A stretch of DNA of 63,836 nt, the filler included, from Lama guanicoe (taxonomy: Eukaryota): assembly GCA_013239625.1 (NCBI GenBank). It is 90 parts of 90 records of this genome, joined end to end, with 100 filler letters (N's around TTAATTAATTAA, not from the genome) between each part and the next. Parts side by side here need not be neighbours in the genome. Positions count along the whole stretch, not along the records: positions 10,509 to 11,271 come from PNXV01028880.1; positions 11,372 to 12,101 come from PNXV01028882.1; positions 12,202 to 12,551 come from PNXV01028883.1; positions 12,652 to 13,149 come from PNXV01028884.1; positions 13,250 to 13,583 come from PNXV01028885.1; positions 13,684 to 14,279 come from PNXV01028888.1; positions 14,380 to 14,835 come from PNXV01028889.1; positions 14,936 to 15,488 come from PNXV01028892.1; 82 more parts are not named here. One strand, written 5' to 3'. Each line of letters starts with the position of its first letter. Positions within the stretch are counted from its first letter, which is position 1. This document shows positions 10,409-23,313 of the stretch, piece by piece. The notes under the pieces were generated by a model. It ran no database searches. It had not been told where the DNA came from and saw nothing but the letters and a program-made list of their open reading frames with translations. The position numbers and the translations under genes are program-made.

Positions 10409-12871
10409 NNNNNNNNNNNNNNNNNNNNNNNNNNNNNNNNNNNNNNNNNNNNTTAATTAATTAANNNNNNNNNNNNNNNNNNNNNNNNNNNNNNNNNNNN
10501 NNNNNNNNGGGAGCTTGGGTCAGAAGCTTTCCCGATGACAGTCTGCTTGTTGTGTTAAACATCGGGTGACAAAATACTTGGGAGCAAGAGTTAAGGACAC
10601 CGGCCGTTATTCTGAGTTAATAATGTCACTTTCAGCATTTTCCTGTGGAAGTCACCAGCACTGTTATGAACAACGCAAATCCAAGGAGGGACGTACTGGC
10701 AGGGAAACCCACGCTTTACTTTTCAGCTCTTAAATCGTGAAGACCACTAAATGTAATTGCAAAGAAAAGGTAGCCAGAATGAGAAGACTTAAGTTTTCGG
10801 GCCGTTGATTTCTTGAAAGAGACGCCACAGGCTAGACAGCGCTAGGAATTTCGGTGCTGGGTGTTCTTTTTGTGCTGTGAGTGAAGAAGGGGTGTGGATT
10901 TCCGTTTGTAAGCTCCTGGCTCATGGAGAGTAGCTGCTCAGGGTTCTGGATGCTTCTCAAATGGCTCCTCCTGTTTGGAGTTTAGCACTTGAAATGAGGC
11001 TGATCTGCAGTAGGGTTCCATCTTCTGGTGCTCCCAGGGCCATTCAGTTTCCCGGAGTCCATCCTCGGCTCGTGTGTCAGGGAGGATGAAGGAGTAAGGC
11101 TGCTCCCTTTGCCTTTCTCGTCTCCACGTGGTCCACGTGTTTTGTGGCCATGCTCTTGTCTAAATTTCAGAAACGTGGATCCACAAGTAATGTGTGTGTC
11201 TGTATATTCATATGTACACATACACACATAGGTTCACACACGTATATCCTTCCAACTGCGTAACAGGGCTANNNNNNNNNNNNNNNNNNNNNNNNNNNNN
11301 NNNNNNNNNNNNNNNTTAATTAATTAANNNNNNNNNNNNNNNNNNNNNNNNNNNNNNNNNNNNNNNNNNNNAAATGTAAATTTTACTTACATTAACATCA
11401 AATGTGCTAGCATTTTTTTTTTCAGTCTCTTTACCCACAGACACACCTTGTCTTGTGGTGGGGGGGAGTGAACTTTTTCTGGCAGTAACTATTCTTTTTC
11501 CCTTTGTATCCTTGTACATTCTCAGCCAAAGTTATTTTTGATAAGAAGAAAAAGAAGCCAAGGAAGGGGAAGGAGAATAAATAAAAAAGCAGCAGAGATG
11601 GAAGAGGAGAAAAGACAACTCTAATCTAATTGTTAATGACAAGAGCAGCCTGCTGTTTACATGTGAAAAACTATGTGAGATAAAGATTACGTGTGTTGCC
11701 TCCAATTCAAGATGTAATGTCACTTAATCTTAATGGCAATCCTGTAATATAGGTGTTGATATCCCCATTTTATAGAGAGAAAGATATGGATGAGAGGGTT
11801 TTAAGTATTTCCCTGAGTTGAAGGAGACATTCATCCATTTTCACAGTATTTTATAAATATTTTGAGACACTTCTACTAGACTGATTATCTGGGGTGGGTG
11901 TGGGAGGGTATTTAAATTTAAAAATTAGTATGTATAAAAATTACACGCACCAAAAAGGACAGCAATAATTTAATAACCTAACACTTTAAATTAGATCATT
12001 TTGACAGATACAACCCTTTCTGTCAGATCAACAGCATTGAAATAGGGACGTTGCCTTTTATGACGTGTGCTACTTACTATAAAGATGTGATGCCTACAAA
12101 ANNNNNNNNNNNNNNNNNNNNNNNNNNNNNNNNNNNNNNNNNNNNTTAATTAATTAANNNNNNNNNNNNNNNNNNNNNNNNNNNNNNNNNNNNNNNNNNN
12201 NAAAATGAGTTCACATTTGATTTCTGAAAGCTTTGGCCCAGTCTTTTTTCCGCATCAAGATTAAAATGCATGGATGATACATGTCGACATGTACAACTTC
12301 GTTCTTCAGGATTGTGTGTATGGAAACGTGTGAGATACACACATGTTATATATGTGTGTGTGCGTCTTACATACTATACACGCTTTTGAGTTCTGTTCTG
12401 TTTCTGTGCTATAGAAATATGTTTCAGAAACTTACTACGAATGTAATGGGGAAATACAGTTATCACAAACTCATTTGCTAGCTTTGTAAGATAAGCGAGG
12501 AGTGGCATACCGGTATATTGTATTATTTCTAATGTGTATTTGACAATTACCNNNNNNNNNNNNNNNNNNNNNNNNNNNNNNNNNNNNNNNNNNNNTTAAT
12601 TAATTAANNNNNNNNNNNNNNNNNNNNNNNNNNNNNNNNNNNNNNNNNNNNCTCATTTCCTCTTTCTGCTCTGGGAGTCCTGCACTGTGGCTTCGTCCAC
12701 ATTTTAGGACTAAACCTTCCACCTAGCTTCTGCCTCTCCCAGCCCATCTTACTCTTACTACGGTAGTCCCTTCTGGAACTTAGGTGACCAGTCCGAGCTC
12801 TTACTCTCCCAAGACACAGAGGTCTCTTTCTTCATCAGTCCTCAGGGAACCTTACTGTCTTGTCCCCCCAG

Positions 12872-12935
12872 CTGCTGGAGACAGCACCCCCAAGCAACGA
12901 GAACCCCTCTGCCGACCTGCTGCCCACCAAGTCCG
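12872..12935 (+). other. Candidate 64-nt internal exon, gene unassigned
   Basis: TCTTGTCCCCCCAG acceptor and CCG|GTGAGT donor. Open in all three frames (e.g. LLETAPPSNENPSADLLPTKS). Confidence 0.35.
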
Positions 12936-13249
12936 GTGAGTGTCAGCTCTGAAGAAGGTCGGGGCTGGGGCTGGAAAAGGTGGGAGCTGGTTATCAGGGA
13001 TGGCGTTGTAGGAACCGGCAAAGGAGACAAAGCTTCATGAAGGCTAAGGTGGCAGGACTTTCTTGGCTGTTTGCCCCATTTTCTGATCTTGAATCTCTTT
13101 CCTTGTGCTAGGTCCTCTGACTGTCCCAACTTGGGAGGAAGCCCCTCAGNNNNNNNNNNNNNNNNNNNNNNNNNNNNNNNNNNNNNNNNNNNNTTAATTA
13201 ATTAANNNNNNNNNNNNNNNNNNNNNNNNNNNNNNNNNNNNNNNNNNNN

Positions 13250-13583
13250 GATTTAAAAGACAAATGCATAAAACAATAATTATAAAGTGATGTTAATGGG
13301 CACACAATGTATAAAGCTGTAATCTGTGACAACAACACAAAGGGGGAGGGAAAGAACTATACAGAAGCAGGGTTTTTGTATCTTACAGAGGTTAGGTTCA
13401 TATTAATCATCGTAAGTTTAAGAGGTTAACTGCAATCCCCAGGTTAATCATTAAGAAAACAATATATATATATATATACACACACACAGAAAATGAAATG
13501 AAGAGAATCAAAAAGTACACTGCAAAAATGTCAATTGCAAAAGAAGGCAGGAATGGAGGAATTGAGGGACAAAAAAGATATAA
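13250..13583 (+). mobile_element. Old L1 remnant containing a (TA)n(CA)n microsatellite
   Basis: L1M-like A-rich sequence, with TATATA...CACACA at ~13462-13488. Confidence 0.55.
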
Positions 13584-14379
13584 NNNNNNNNNNNNNNNNN
13601 NNNNNNNNNNNNNNNNNNNNNNNNNNNTTAATTAATTAANNNNNNNNNNNNNNNNNNNNNNNNNNNNNNNNNNNNNNNNNNNNACCTCACCACTCTCACC
13701 TGGATTATTGCTACTATTTTTAACCTGATCTTTTGTTTTTATTTTAAATTTTTAAATGTCGAGTATTATAATTTAACTATATTACAAATACAGGCAAAAA
13801 CTCCTGCATAACCCTCCCAGTCTTTTTTCCCATCCTCCTGATGAAACCACCATCCTGCATTGGCGTCCATTTTCCCCTTCATTTCTTTATAGCTTCACTC
13901 CATATATTTGGATCCATAAACATTATGAAGCATTGGTCCGCAAATACGTAAATTTTATAGAAACAATATTGCAGGATATTTTTCTACCATTTTTTTCTCA
14001 ATGTATTTCATAGATTTTTGCAGGTTGATATAGGTATGAATATAACTGATATTTTTCACTGCTGAAAAGTAATCCATTATGTGCATGTTACACTGATTTA
14101 CCCATTATGCTGTTACTGGACACTGAGGACATTCAAATATTTCTATAGAACAGACACAAAATCTCTCGGCAATCTGTCTAGCTAGAACTTTACTTCAGCG
14201 TAGGGCAGCAGTGAATATGGACAATTTGTAGAGAGTGAAGAAGAGGATACAAAGATTGCAGTGACTCAATGCACATCCTNNNNNNNNNNNNNNNNNNNNN
14301 NNNNNNNNNNNNNNNNNNNNNNNTTAATTAATTAANNNNNNNNNNNNNNNNNNNNNNNNNNNNNNNNNNNNNNNNNNNN

Positions 14380-14690
14380 TCCCCCTCACATTCATGTGCT
14401 GACGCCCTAACCCTCAGGCTGACGGTTTCAGGAAGGGGGACCTTGGGAGGGGGTTCTGTCATGTGAGCAGAGCACCTACAAATGAGATTAGCGCCCTTAT
14501 AAAAGGGACCCCAGAGAGCTAGCTGGCTCCTTCCCCACGAGGACAAGCAAGAAGCTGGCGACCTGCGGCCTGGAAGAGCGCTTCCCTCCGGGCCGGCACC
14601 TGACCGTGGACCCCAGCCTCCAGAACTGTGACTCGTAAATCACCGCCCTTTATCAGCCGCCCAGCCTGCGATGTCCGTCACCGGGCCCAG
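14380..14690 (+). mobile_element. MaLR LTR (MLT1A-like)
   Basis: GAGATTAGCGCCCTTATAAAAGGGACCCCAGAGAG and CCAGCCTCCAGAACTGTGA motifs. Confidence 0.8.
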
Positions 14691-14935
14691 CCCCTGCTAC
14701 TACACGCAGCCTCTGGCCGCCACTCGGCTGTCGCTGTTCCTCGGTATTGCCTTTTCCAAAATGGCATCTACACAGAATCGCACTTACAGTCTTTGGATTC
14801 TAGCTTTTTTCACTTGGTGCACTGCGCTTGCGGGTNNNNNNNNNNNNNNNNNNNNNNNNNNNNNNNNNNNNNNNNNNNNTTAATTAATTAANNNNNNNNN
14901 NNNNNNNNNNNNNNNNNNNNNNNNNNNNNNNNNNN

Positions 14936-15488
14936 TGACTAATATGCCACTAAACTTCTGTACAAAAGATGTTGTTTTTAGAAGTAACAGATTCTTTCAA
15001 AAGAAGTGTGATGTTACTGAGAGAGAAAAAAAGTATCATTGTGCCACCGAGAAACTTAATACGAGAGTTATATTAGATTTTTAAAAATTAATTACTGCTT
15101 TTGAAGAAGGAATAAAGAACCCTACCTGCGACATTTCTGTCATTTGATTTCTGACAGTACAAACAGACATTGTTTTGCATACATGTTCATAAGGATGGAT
15201 GGAGCAGTAATGGGAAAAGAAGTTCGAGTTCCCTTCTTCTTCATGTAGAAATTCTAAGCCTCAAAAGTGTATCAAAAGGACTGCTGGGCAAAGACACCAT
15301 CCAGTGTCAGTAGTTCTGTCCTTCCCTGTTTGGGTCTGTCAATTCAGTTGCTTAACAGTTGGTGAAGACTCAGTACCAGTAAAGGTAAGAGTTGATCTTG
15401 AAAAAATGTGGAATTGGTGAGCTTCCTTGTTTCCCCAACCCCTTTTCTCCCACAGGCTGGTGTCCAGCGGCCCTCACTGCCACGTGCT
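14936..15488. repeat. Second copy of 1519-2072
   Basis: Direct sequence comparison. Confidence 0.95.
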
Positions 15489-15588
15489 NNNNNNNNNNNN
15501 NNNNNNNNNNNNNNNNNNNNNNNNNNNNNNNNTTAATTAATTAANNNNNNNNNNNNNNNNNNNNNNNNNNNNNNNNNNNNNNNNNNNN

Positions 15589-15684
15589 TCTGAGAGGCTG
15601 TTCCTGGGTTATAATCCTCAATTTGGCTCAAATAAAAGTTTCCGTTTCTCTCTTAGATCGACTGATTAATTTTTTTCGTCCACA
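15589..15684 (+). mobile_element. ERV LTR 3' end (poly(A) signal and U5)
   Basis: TGGCTCAAATAAAA...TTAGATCGACTGATTAATTTTTTTCGTCCACA, ending in CA. Confidence 0.55.
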
Positions 15685-16409
15685 CAGGAATCCACAAATA
15701 CGCCTTCCTTAAAGCAATCAGTAAGAAACAGGAATGTCCTTTGGAAGCAGAAACCAACTACCTCCCCCTCGCCCATATCAGCCTCCATTCAGGCTCCCAC
15801 GCATCCTTTTCTCAAGCTGACAGGAGGATGCAAAGCGCGGACCCACTCACCCCATCTGTACCTCTTGAGCTCTTGAATTCTCCGAATGCAATTATAGGTC
15901 CGAGTCTTCTCGACCGGGTTGGACGAGGTGGACCCAGTGACGTTTTGCCTCGAGGCGCTACTGGTGACAGAGGCTATCCCTGGGGTTCTGACCACGGCTC
16001 TGTCATTAGCTAGCTACCATTGTTTTGTTAATCTAACGAATGGTTCCATGGGAAATAACAGAGTAAAGGCTTATTAAAGGTGGAGGCGTCATCCATTAAA
16101 ATGCTCTTTGTCCTTAATGAAGGTCAGTGGAAGACGGATGGCAGGAGGAAATCTCGCTTTATGCTCACGCACATGTCTTAATTAATCCCCACGTCAAGCA
16201 AGTCGTCGGACTGGACTTGTGTTTGCTTTTATTCCTTAAAAACCGTTGGAGAGGGGATTGCTGAAACAATCTTAGTATGTTTTGCTGTTAGGGAGTGGCC
16301 TGTAACACANNNNNNNNNNNNNNNNNNNNNNNNNNNNNNNNNNNNNNNNNNNNTTAATTAATTAANNNNNNNNNNNNNNNNNNNNNNNNNNNNNNNNNNN
16401 NNNNNNNNN

Positions 16410-16733
16410 ATGTTCCTATGATACAGTTTAATTTAGAAATTAGGCACAATAAGAGAGTATTCAAATTGCCAGCATCAGTGTTCTTGCCGCCAAGTGACAC
16501 ATGGGCAGGCAGTATATACAGTGTGGATATGCTGGACCAAGGAACGATTCACATCCCGGGTGAGATGGAGTGAGACGGTGCACGATTTTGTCGTGTTACT
16601 CAGAATGGTGTGCAATTTAAAACTTATGAATTGTTTATTTCTGGAATTTCCAATTTAGTATTTTTGGACCACATTTGACTGCAAGTAACAGAAGCCATGG
16701 AAAGTGAAACCATGCGTAAGTGGGGACTACGGT
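16410..16733 (-). mobile_element. MER44 (Tigger7-derived) DNA transposon remnant
   Basis: Reverse complement matches recalled MER44 (AAATTCCAGAAATAAACAATTCATAAGTTTTAAATTGC, terminal GTAGTCCCC). Confidence 0.8.
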
Positions 16734-16739
16734 GTATGA

Positions 16740-17002
16740 TATACAAATATTCTCTCCCATTCTGGAAATTGTATTTTTCAATACCTGCATGGTGTCCTTT
16801 GAAGCACAAAAGTTTTAAATTGTGATGAAGTCCAGTTCATCTTGTTTTCATTTGGTTGCTTGTGCTTTTGGTGTCATATCTAAACAAGCTGTTGCTTAAC
16901 CCAAGGTCACAAAGATTTACACCTGTGTTTTCTTCTAAGATTTGTATGGTTTAAGCTCTTACATTTAGGTCTTAGATCCCTTTGGAGTTAATTTTTGCAC
17001 AT
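16740..17002 (-). mobile_element. L1 ORF2 remnant, antisense
   Basis: GATGAAGTCCA...GCTTTTGGTGTCATATCTAA...CCAAGGTCACAAAGATTTAC...GCTCTTACATTTAGGTC. Confidence 0.85.
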
Positions 17003-18959
17003 NNNNNNNNNNNNNNNNNNNNNNNNNNNNNNNNNNNNNNNNNNNNTTAATTAATTAANNNNNNNNNNNNNNNNNNNNNNNNNNNNNNNNNNNNNNNNNN
17101 NNAGAAACGGGAGGCTGGTGATGTTTAAAACCTCTATCAGTGCTTTCAGCACAGTGTATTGAGCCTCGGTGAGTACCAGTTATCGTGTTAGCTGATGAGG
17201 GTATGGCTGTAGACTGTGCCTTCTCCCCACTCTCAAGGAACGAGTGGTCTGGTAGGGAAAAGTGGACATCGTTACTTTTAGTGTGGTTAGACGTTAACAA
17301 GGTGTGAACAGAGTGATGAAGCAGGTCTAGAGGAAGGATCAGTGGAAAACGTCACCGAGGGGGAAGTGAAAACATGCGTTTTATGGATGACGGCCTGGAG
17401 AGATTACAAAGGATGCAAGAAGAGGGGACATGAGAAGGCTACAGTGAACAAACCCCATGGCACCTATGAGGAACCCTGCATTCTATGCCGAGGTTGGAGC
17501 AGCGGTGTGAGGTGTGGGGCAGGGCTGCAGCTGAGAAGGGGCTGTCCTTAGTTGTGGATGGAAAGGAGGCAGGCTCCGATCTTGGAAGACAGAGTCCCAG
17601 GCTAAGGAGTTTTGGATGGTATGCTGTAGGCTGACGCGAAGGCACTGGAGCAGTTCACATGAGGGATGTCGCAACCAGCGTGTGTTGTGTGCATTCGACT
17701 CTGCCTGTCGTGGTGTGTGGATTAGAGGGGCCCTGAACGGAGGCAGATTCTTGTAACGACTCACACTAGAGGTAAACAGCCTGACCCGAATCACTAGGAG
17801 TGGACGTGGAGATAAGGCAGTTTTGGGGTGAGTGGGTGTTGGGGTGGAAGGATGTNNNNNNNNNNNNNNNNNNNNNNNNNNNNNNNNNNNNNNNNNNNNT
17901 TAATTAATTAANNNNNNNNNNNNNNNNNNNNNNNNNNNNNNNNNNNNNNNNNNNNAGTCCAACTTGGGTCATAACAGCTGTCAAATCAGTTATTTTCGTG
18001 GAGGCAACACACTGAGAAGTCAGGTACACAAGAAGTATTCAGCTCACAGTTCCACGGTTTTGTAGAGCGCTTGCTGAACTTACAGACGAAGGATAAGGCA
18101 CCAGGAAGATGATTCAATATCGTGTGCTTTTTACGATTTAATTGCTGCCTGTCCCCACGTGGAATTGAACCCTGGAAGGCATTTTCTTTTCACCGTCAAA
18201 AATGCATTTTGATAGGCAGCAAATAAGATGCAACTCTGGGGTTTTCTTGGCCAAACACAATGAAAAAGACTCAGTTGAAATTTGATTGTCTGTTGATAAA
18301 CACTTTGTGCATTATTTCAGCCAGTTCCAACTGGATTTATTTTTAAATTCGGTTTCTGGAAATTGTTCTGACAGTAAGTAAGAAAATCAGATGGTGATTC
18401 TAATACAGAAAACAGAAACACACCAGGATGGCAGGTACTGCCGTGTCCTGGCCTCTTAGCACCCTGACTGAGCCGTGTTCTCTGGATGGGGAGTCTTGGG
18501 GCCCTTGGAACATAGCAGGGTGCTACCCAGGCAAGAAAAAAACCAGTTTCCATGCTGACTGCAGGGTAGAGAATACTTTAATACTGAATCCTCTGTCATG
18601 AGCAAGCTTTGTTGTTTTGCAGAAGTAAATCAGGGTACAAACCACACTGGTTACATCCTGAACCACACCAGATACATGAAAACTGCAACTTGAGAGTTTC
18701 TGCCACGTGCTTTCACCTTCCTCCTTCCCGTTGACACTGGCCTGGTCACCAAAAAATAGTAGGTGCTTCAGCCATACCGTCCATGTCCTCCCAAACTCGG
18801 CGACACAGCTTCCTCACAGTCTCAGAGGTGTTTCACCCTGAAGCGTGACGCGTGANNNNNNNNNNNNNNNNNNNNNNNNNNNNNNNNNNNNNNNNNNNNT
18901 TAATTAATTAANNNNNNNNNNNNNNNNNNNNNNNNNNNNNNNNNNNNNNNNNNNNGTAC

Positions 18960-19125
18960 ATGTGGCAACATCTAAAGGCATTTTGGGTTGTCACAACTGG
19001 AGGGATCTACTGGCAAGTCGCGGCTAGAGGCCAGGGGTGCTGCTCGACATCCTACAGGGCACAGAACAGCCCCACAATGAAGAATTCTCAACCAAAATGA
19101 TGGTAGTGATGAGATGGAGAAACCC
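18960..19125 (+). mobile_element. MER20 hAT-Charlie element
   Basis: GGTTGTCACAACTGG...TAGAGGCCAGGGGTGCTGCT...CATCCTACAGGGCACAG...GAGAAACCC. Confidence 0.8.
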
Positions 19126-21249
19126 AGAAGTAGATGCTCAGTAAATGATGGTTAAATGAATTACATTTCATCCAGTTCAATATTTATTGAGCATATGCAT
19201 GTGGTAAGCGCTGTTACAAGCACTCAGGAATGTAAGATGGGTAAGGCATGCCTCTTCTTTCAGGGCTACATAAAGCCATTATAATATTATAAGGTGGGGT
19301 GGGATGTGATCCAAAGTTAAGTTGGGTGTGAAGACACTTCAGGATTCTGAGAAGAATGTGAAAGAGTGTGACACCTGTAAGCCAGCATTAATTAGGAAGG
19401 AAGGTGGAGGAAAGGTGAGATCTGGACAAGCAGGCTGGGGGTGCTCTGGCAGANNNNNNNNNNNNNNNNNNNNNNNNNNNNNNNNNNNNNNNNNNNNTTA
19501 ATTAATTAANNNNNNNNNNNNNNNNNNNNNNNNNNNNNNNNNNNNNNNNNNNNCATCGAAGAACTAGGCTGACAAATACCGCCGAAGGATAGGTTTAGTC
19601 AACACATCAGGTAACACCCTACTCTCTCCTGTTTCATCCACCAACATGCCAATAGGTGTTGAGTGGAAACAATTAATGTGACCCAGGTGGAGCTGCTGCA
19701 AGAGTCAGAATATCTCTGAGCAAAGTAAAAGGAGGGGACCCGAAGTCAAGCAGGAAGCAAATTTCAAACTTGGCTCAGCTTCTGACTAGAGAAGCAAACA
19801 CTGTCACACAAAATGCGCAGCAGAATGAGAGGCATGCTCGTGCCCAAGCACACCAAACGTGCACCTCAGTTTGCGCTCTTCTACACAGCATGTCCGTTCT
19901 CCNNNNNNNNNNNNNNNNNNNNNNNNNNNNNNNNNNNNNNNNNNNNTTAATTAATTAANNNNNNNNNNNNNNNNNNNNNNNNNNNNNNNNNNNNNNNNNN
20001 NNAGGCTGTTGGCTGTGTGCATGGGGCTCTGTGAGTAGCCTGGGCCCAGGCTGGGTGAGTGCAGGGATCCTGTTCATTTGTGCCAGGGGGAAAAGGGAAG
20101 AGGGATGGTAACTCTAAAAGTTCCACGTTGGGAGCCCAAGGCTGGAGAGCAAAGCAGGCAGCCCAGGTTGGCCAAGACACCTAGGAACCCGCCACAAAGC
20201 TGGTCCCTTGTATCTGGGGAGACTGACCTTCGATGGGCCAATGAGATATCCCCTGCCAGCCTCCCCACACCACCCCTACACTTTACAGGCAATTCAAGGG
20301 ACTTTGACAGGTAATTTTAATCAATGATGATTGTTCCTTACTCTGCGGGAGATCAGGTCCACAGTCTTGGTGAATGAGGCAGGGCTCCTGCCTGATCCGC
20401 AGCCTTTGGGAGAGGAGGACCTGCCTAGAAACATCCCCTTACCCCTCACGAAAAGGCTCTGTGATAGAAAAAAAGCTATCTGACTCCGTATTAGATCTAN
20501 NNNNNNNNNNNNNNNNNNNNNNNNNNNNNNNNNNNNNNNNNNNTTAATTAATTAANNNNNNNNNNNNNNNNNNNNNNNNNNNNNNNNNNNNNNNNNNNNT
20601 GTATACATATACCACATCTTCTTTATCCAGTCACCTGTTGATGGACATAGTGTTCTCTGCTTTCTGAGGTCAGTGGGAGGTTCTGTTCCTTGCAGCATTA
20701 AGATGTTTTCAGTGAGAAGAACCATGGATACAAACAGGGGCCTATTTGGTGGCAATATTCTCATTTTCACACAAAGATTAAACAGCAAAATAAATTGTTT
20801 GAGCTGCAGAATCACGGCATGATTTGGTCAGCCTGCCCTTGAGCACGCCGGCTTCAGGTTCTTGGTGTGGACAACACAGTCCAATGCCTGAGAGAAAAAG
20901 GAGGAAAAAGTGTTCTTTGAATGCCATGGTTACATGTCTTGTCACTGAAGCCTCAGTGTCTTCATGTGTCTGGTATTACGGTAGCAAAATCATATTGACT
21001 TTTACTGCGTGAGGTTGTCTTCATCCCTTTCTGTCTTCAACACCATTNNNNNNNNNNNNNNNNNNNNNNNNNNNNNNNNNNNNNNNNNNNNTTAATTAAT
21101 TAANNNNNNNNNNNNNNNNNNNNNNNNNNNNNNNNNNNNNNNNNNNNGGTTGGTCAGGGGTGGAAAGATGAGGGCTCTGCTGAGATGGACAATTACTACT
21201 GGTACTGCTTTTGGAGGTTTTTTTTGGGTGGAGAACTGCAATTTTTTTA

Positions 21250-21480
21250 AGTAGTATTATTTATCAACTCATTCTGAGTACAAGGTGTTGTTCTAAGTGC
21301 TTTAAATTTAGGAAGCTATTTCATCCTCATGGCAACCTAGGATTGGTCCTGCGTTGCAGATGAACAGACTGAGCGGCAGTGGAATCCGGTAACTTGCCCA
21401 AAACCACATGCCTAGGAAGGGGTAGAGCTTGCATCTGAGCACAGGCAGGCTGGCACCAGAGGTCAAGCTCTTACCCCTAG
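21250..21480 (-). mobile_element. MIR SINE
   Basis: CAGATGAACAGACTGAG...GGTAACTTGCCCAAAACCACA, a MIR core-like sequence. Confidence 0.6.
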
Positions 21481-22741
21481 TTCCTCTCTACGGAAGACTC
21501 CAGACGTGTGGGCTCAGGTGCCTGCTGCAGGCAGGGACAGGTGGGTTGGGGAGTTGAGGACAGTAGGTTGGTAAATGAGAGAGCACTTGCAAACAAACTT
21601 CAGCCATCTCACAANNNNNNNNNNNNNNNNNNNNNNNNNNNNNNNNNNNNNNNNNNNNTTAATTAATTAANNNNNNNNNNNNNNNNNNNNNNNNNNNNNN
21701 NNNNNNNNNNNNNNGTATAGTGGTGGATGGATTGTGAGAACTTTTTGAGATGGATTTTGTTGATTCGGGAGCAGAGGCAAAAAGAAGTGCAGAGACCCAG
21801 AGAGAGTGTGATGGAAGACCTCATATGAGGCAGCTGGAGTCCCTGGTTTCCGCTCAGCCTACAGATAGAGGACTTCTTCAGGTTTTAATGATGAGTCAAC
21901 AAATCCCCTTTGTATTCTTCTGTAAGTCTGAATTCCTGTAAGTGCTTCCCTGCCTCCTAAACCTCGGGCCCTCCTCTCCCTAAGCTTCCAGCCAGCTCTG
22001 GCCCTACCTGAATTCAGCCACCACTGATGGCTGGTCACCCCCGGGGCAGCCTCACTGCGAGATTCAGAGCCCCCAGCAGCTCTGCTGGAGAAGTCCAACC
22101 GACAAATCTAATCCATTCAGCACCCTCCTTCAAACCTCCCAATGGCTCCCCGGGTCCTTCCTACAGCCTAAAACCCTGCCTTGTGTCAGAGGCACCCTTC
22201 TCCCCTCCCTTTCTCTGGCTTAATCCCCCTTCAGAGCCTAATTCACCCACCCTGTCTGCTGTATGCACTTCCGTAAAAAATCCATCACACCATTCCACAC
22301 TTCCACCTACCCTTTTCTCTATCCCTCACTCCATCCTCTTCCAGAAAAATCTTTGTACATTCTTTGAAATCCCCACAAGACCCCTTCATACCCATTCTCC
22401 AGATTCCATCCTTTGAACCCTCATTTTCTCTCACCCCTTTTGAAGGCTCCTTGCCCCAGGACACCCTGTCTTTTCTTCCCTCACCAAGAGTGCCCCTCCT
22501 TGGGGTCCCCTTGGCATCTGGACCTGCTTCTGCCCCTGCACACCTCGCGCTGTGGAATCACGGACTGCTCTATCTGAGAACAGAGCTGGCACGTGTGCCC
22601 AGCATGGAGCTGCCACACCATCGAGGATGCTTCTGTTTCTTNNNNNNNNNNNNNNNNNNNNNNNNNNNNNNNNNNNNNNNNNNNNTTAATTAATTAANNN
22701 NNNNNNNNNNNNNNNNNNNNNNNNNNNNNNNNNNNNNNNNN

Positions 22742-23313
22742 GAACATCAAATCACAAAATGTGGACGAGGTGAATAATAAAATGCAGATTCTTTCTTTTT
22801 TTTTAATAACGTATTTGAGCTAACATGATGACCAGTCTAAACCAAGTATATATAATAATGGGTTAACATATATGAAAAACATGGTAACCACAAACCAAAA
22901 CCATATAATAGAGTCACAAAAACCCAAAAGAAGAGAACTCAAGTATAATATGAAAAACATCAAACTACAAAAGAAAAAGAAACAAGGAAGAAATGTAAAA
23001 CCAACAGGAAAACATGGTTGAAAATGGCAATAAATATGTATCTATCAATAACCACTTAAAATGTCAATGAACTAAATGTTCCAATCAATAGGCAAAGGGT
23101 AGGAGATGGATAATAAAATAAGAGCCTACAATATGCTGCTCTTAGACTTCAATACAAAAAATATATAAAATACACTGCTTACTAGACACTCACTTTAGGG
23201 TAAAGGTCACACAGATTGAAAATGAGAGGATGGAAAAAGATATGTCATGTAAACGGAAATGAAAAGAAATCAGGGGATGCAATACTCATATCAGACAAAA
23301 CAGACTTTAAAAC
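22742..23313 (+). mobile_element. L1 inter-ORF region and decayed ORF2 endonuclease start
   Basis: From the ATG at 23024 it reads MAINMYLSITT*NVNELNVPINR (cf. L1 EN TLNVNGLNxPIKR), followed by GGATGGAAAAAGAT and ATATCAGACAAAACAGACTTTAAA. Confidence 0.88.

Noticed and set aside
15741..16013. Collagen-like GATGDRGYP in a 90-aa ORF
   Set aside because: There are only three Gly-X-Y triplets and no collagen-type exon structure.
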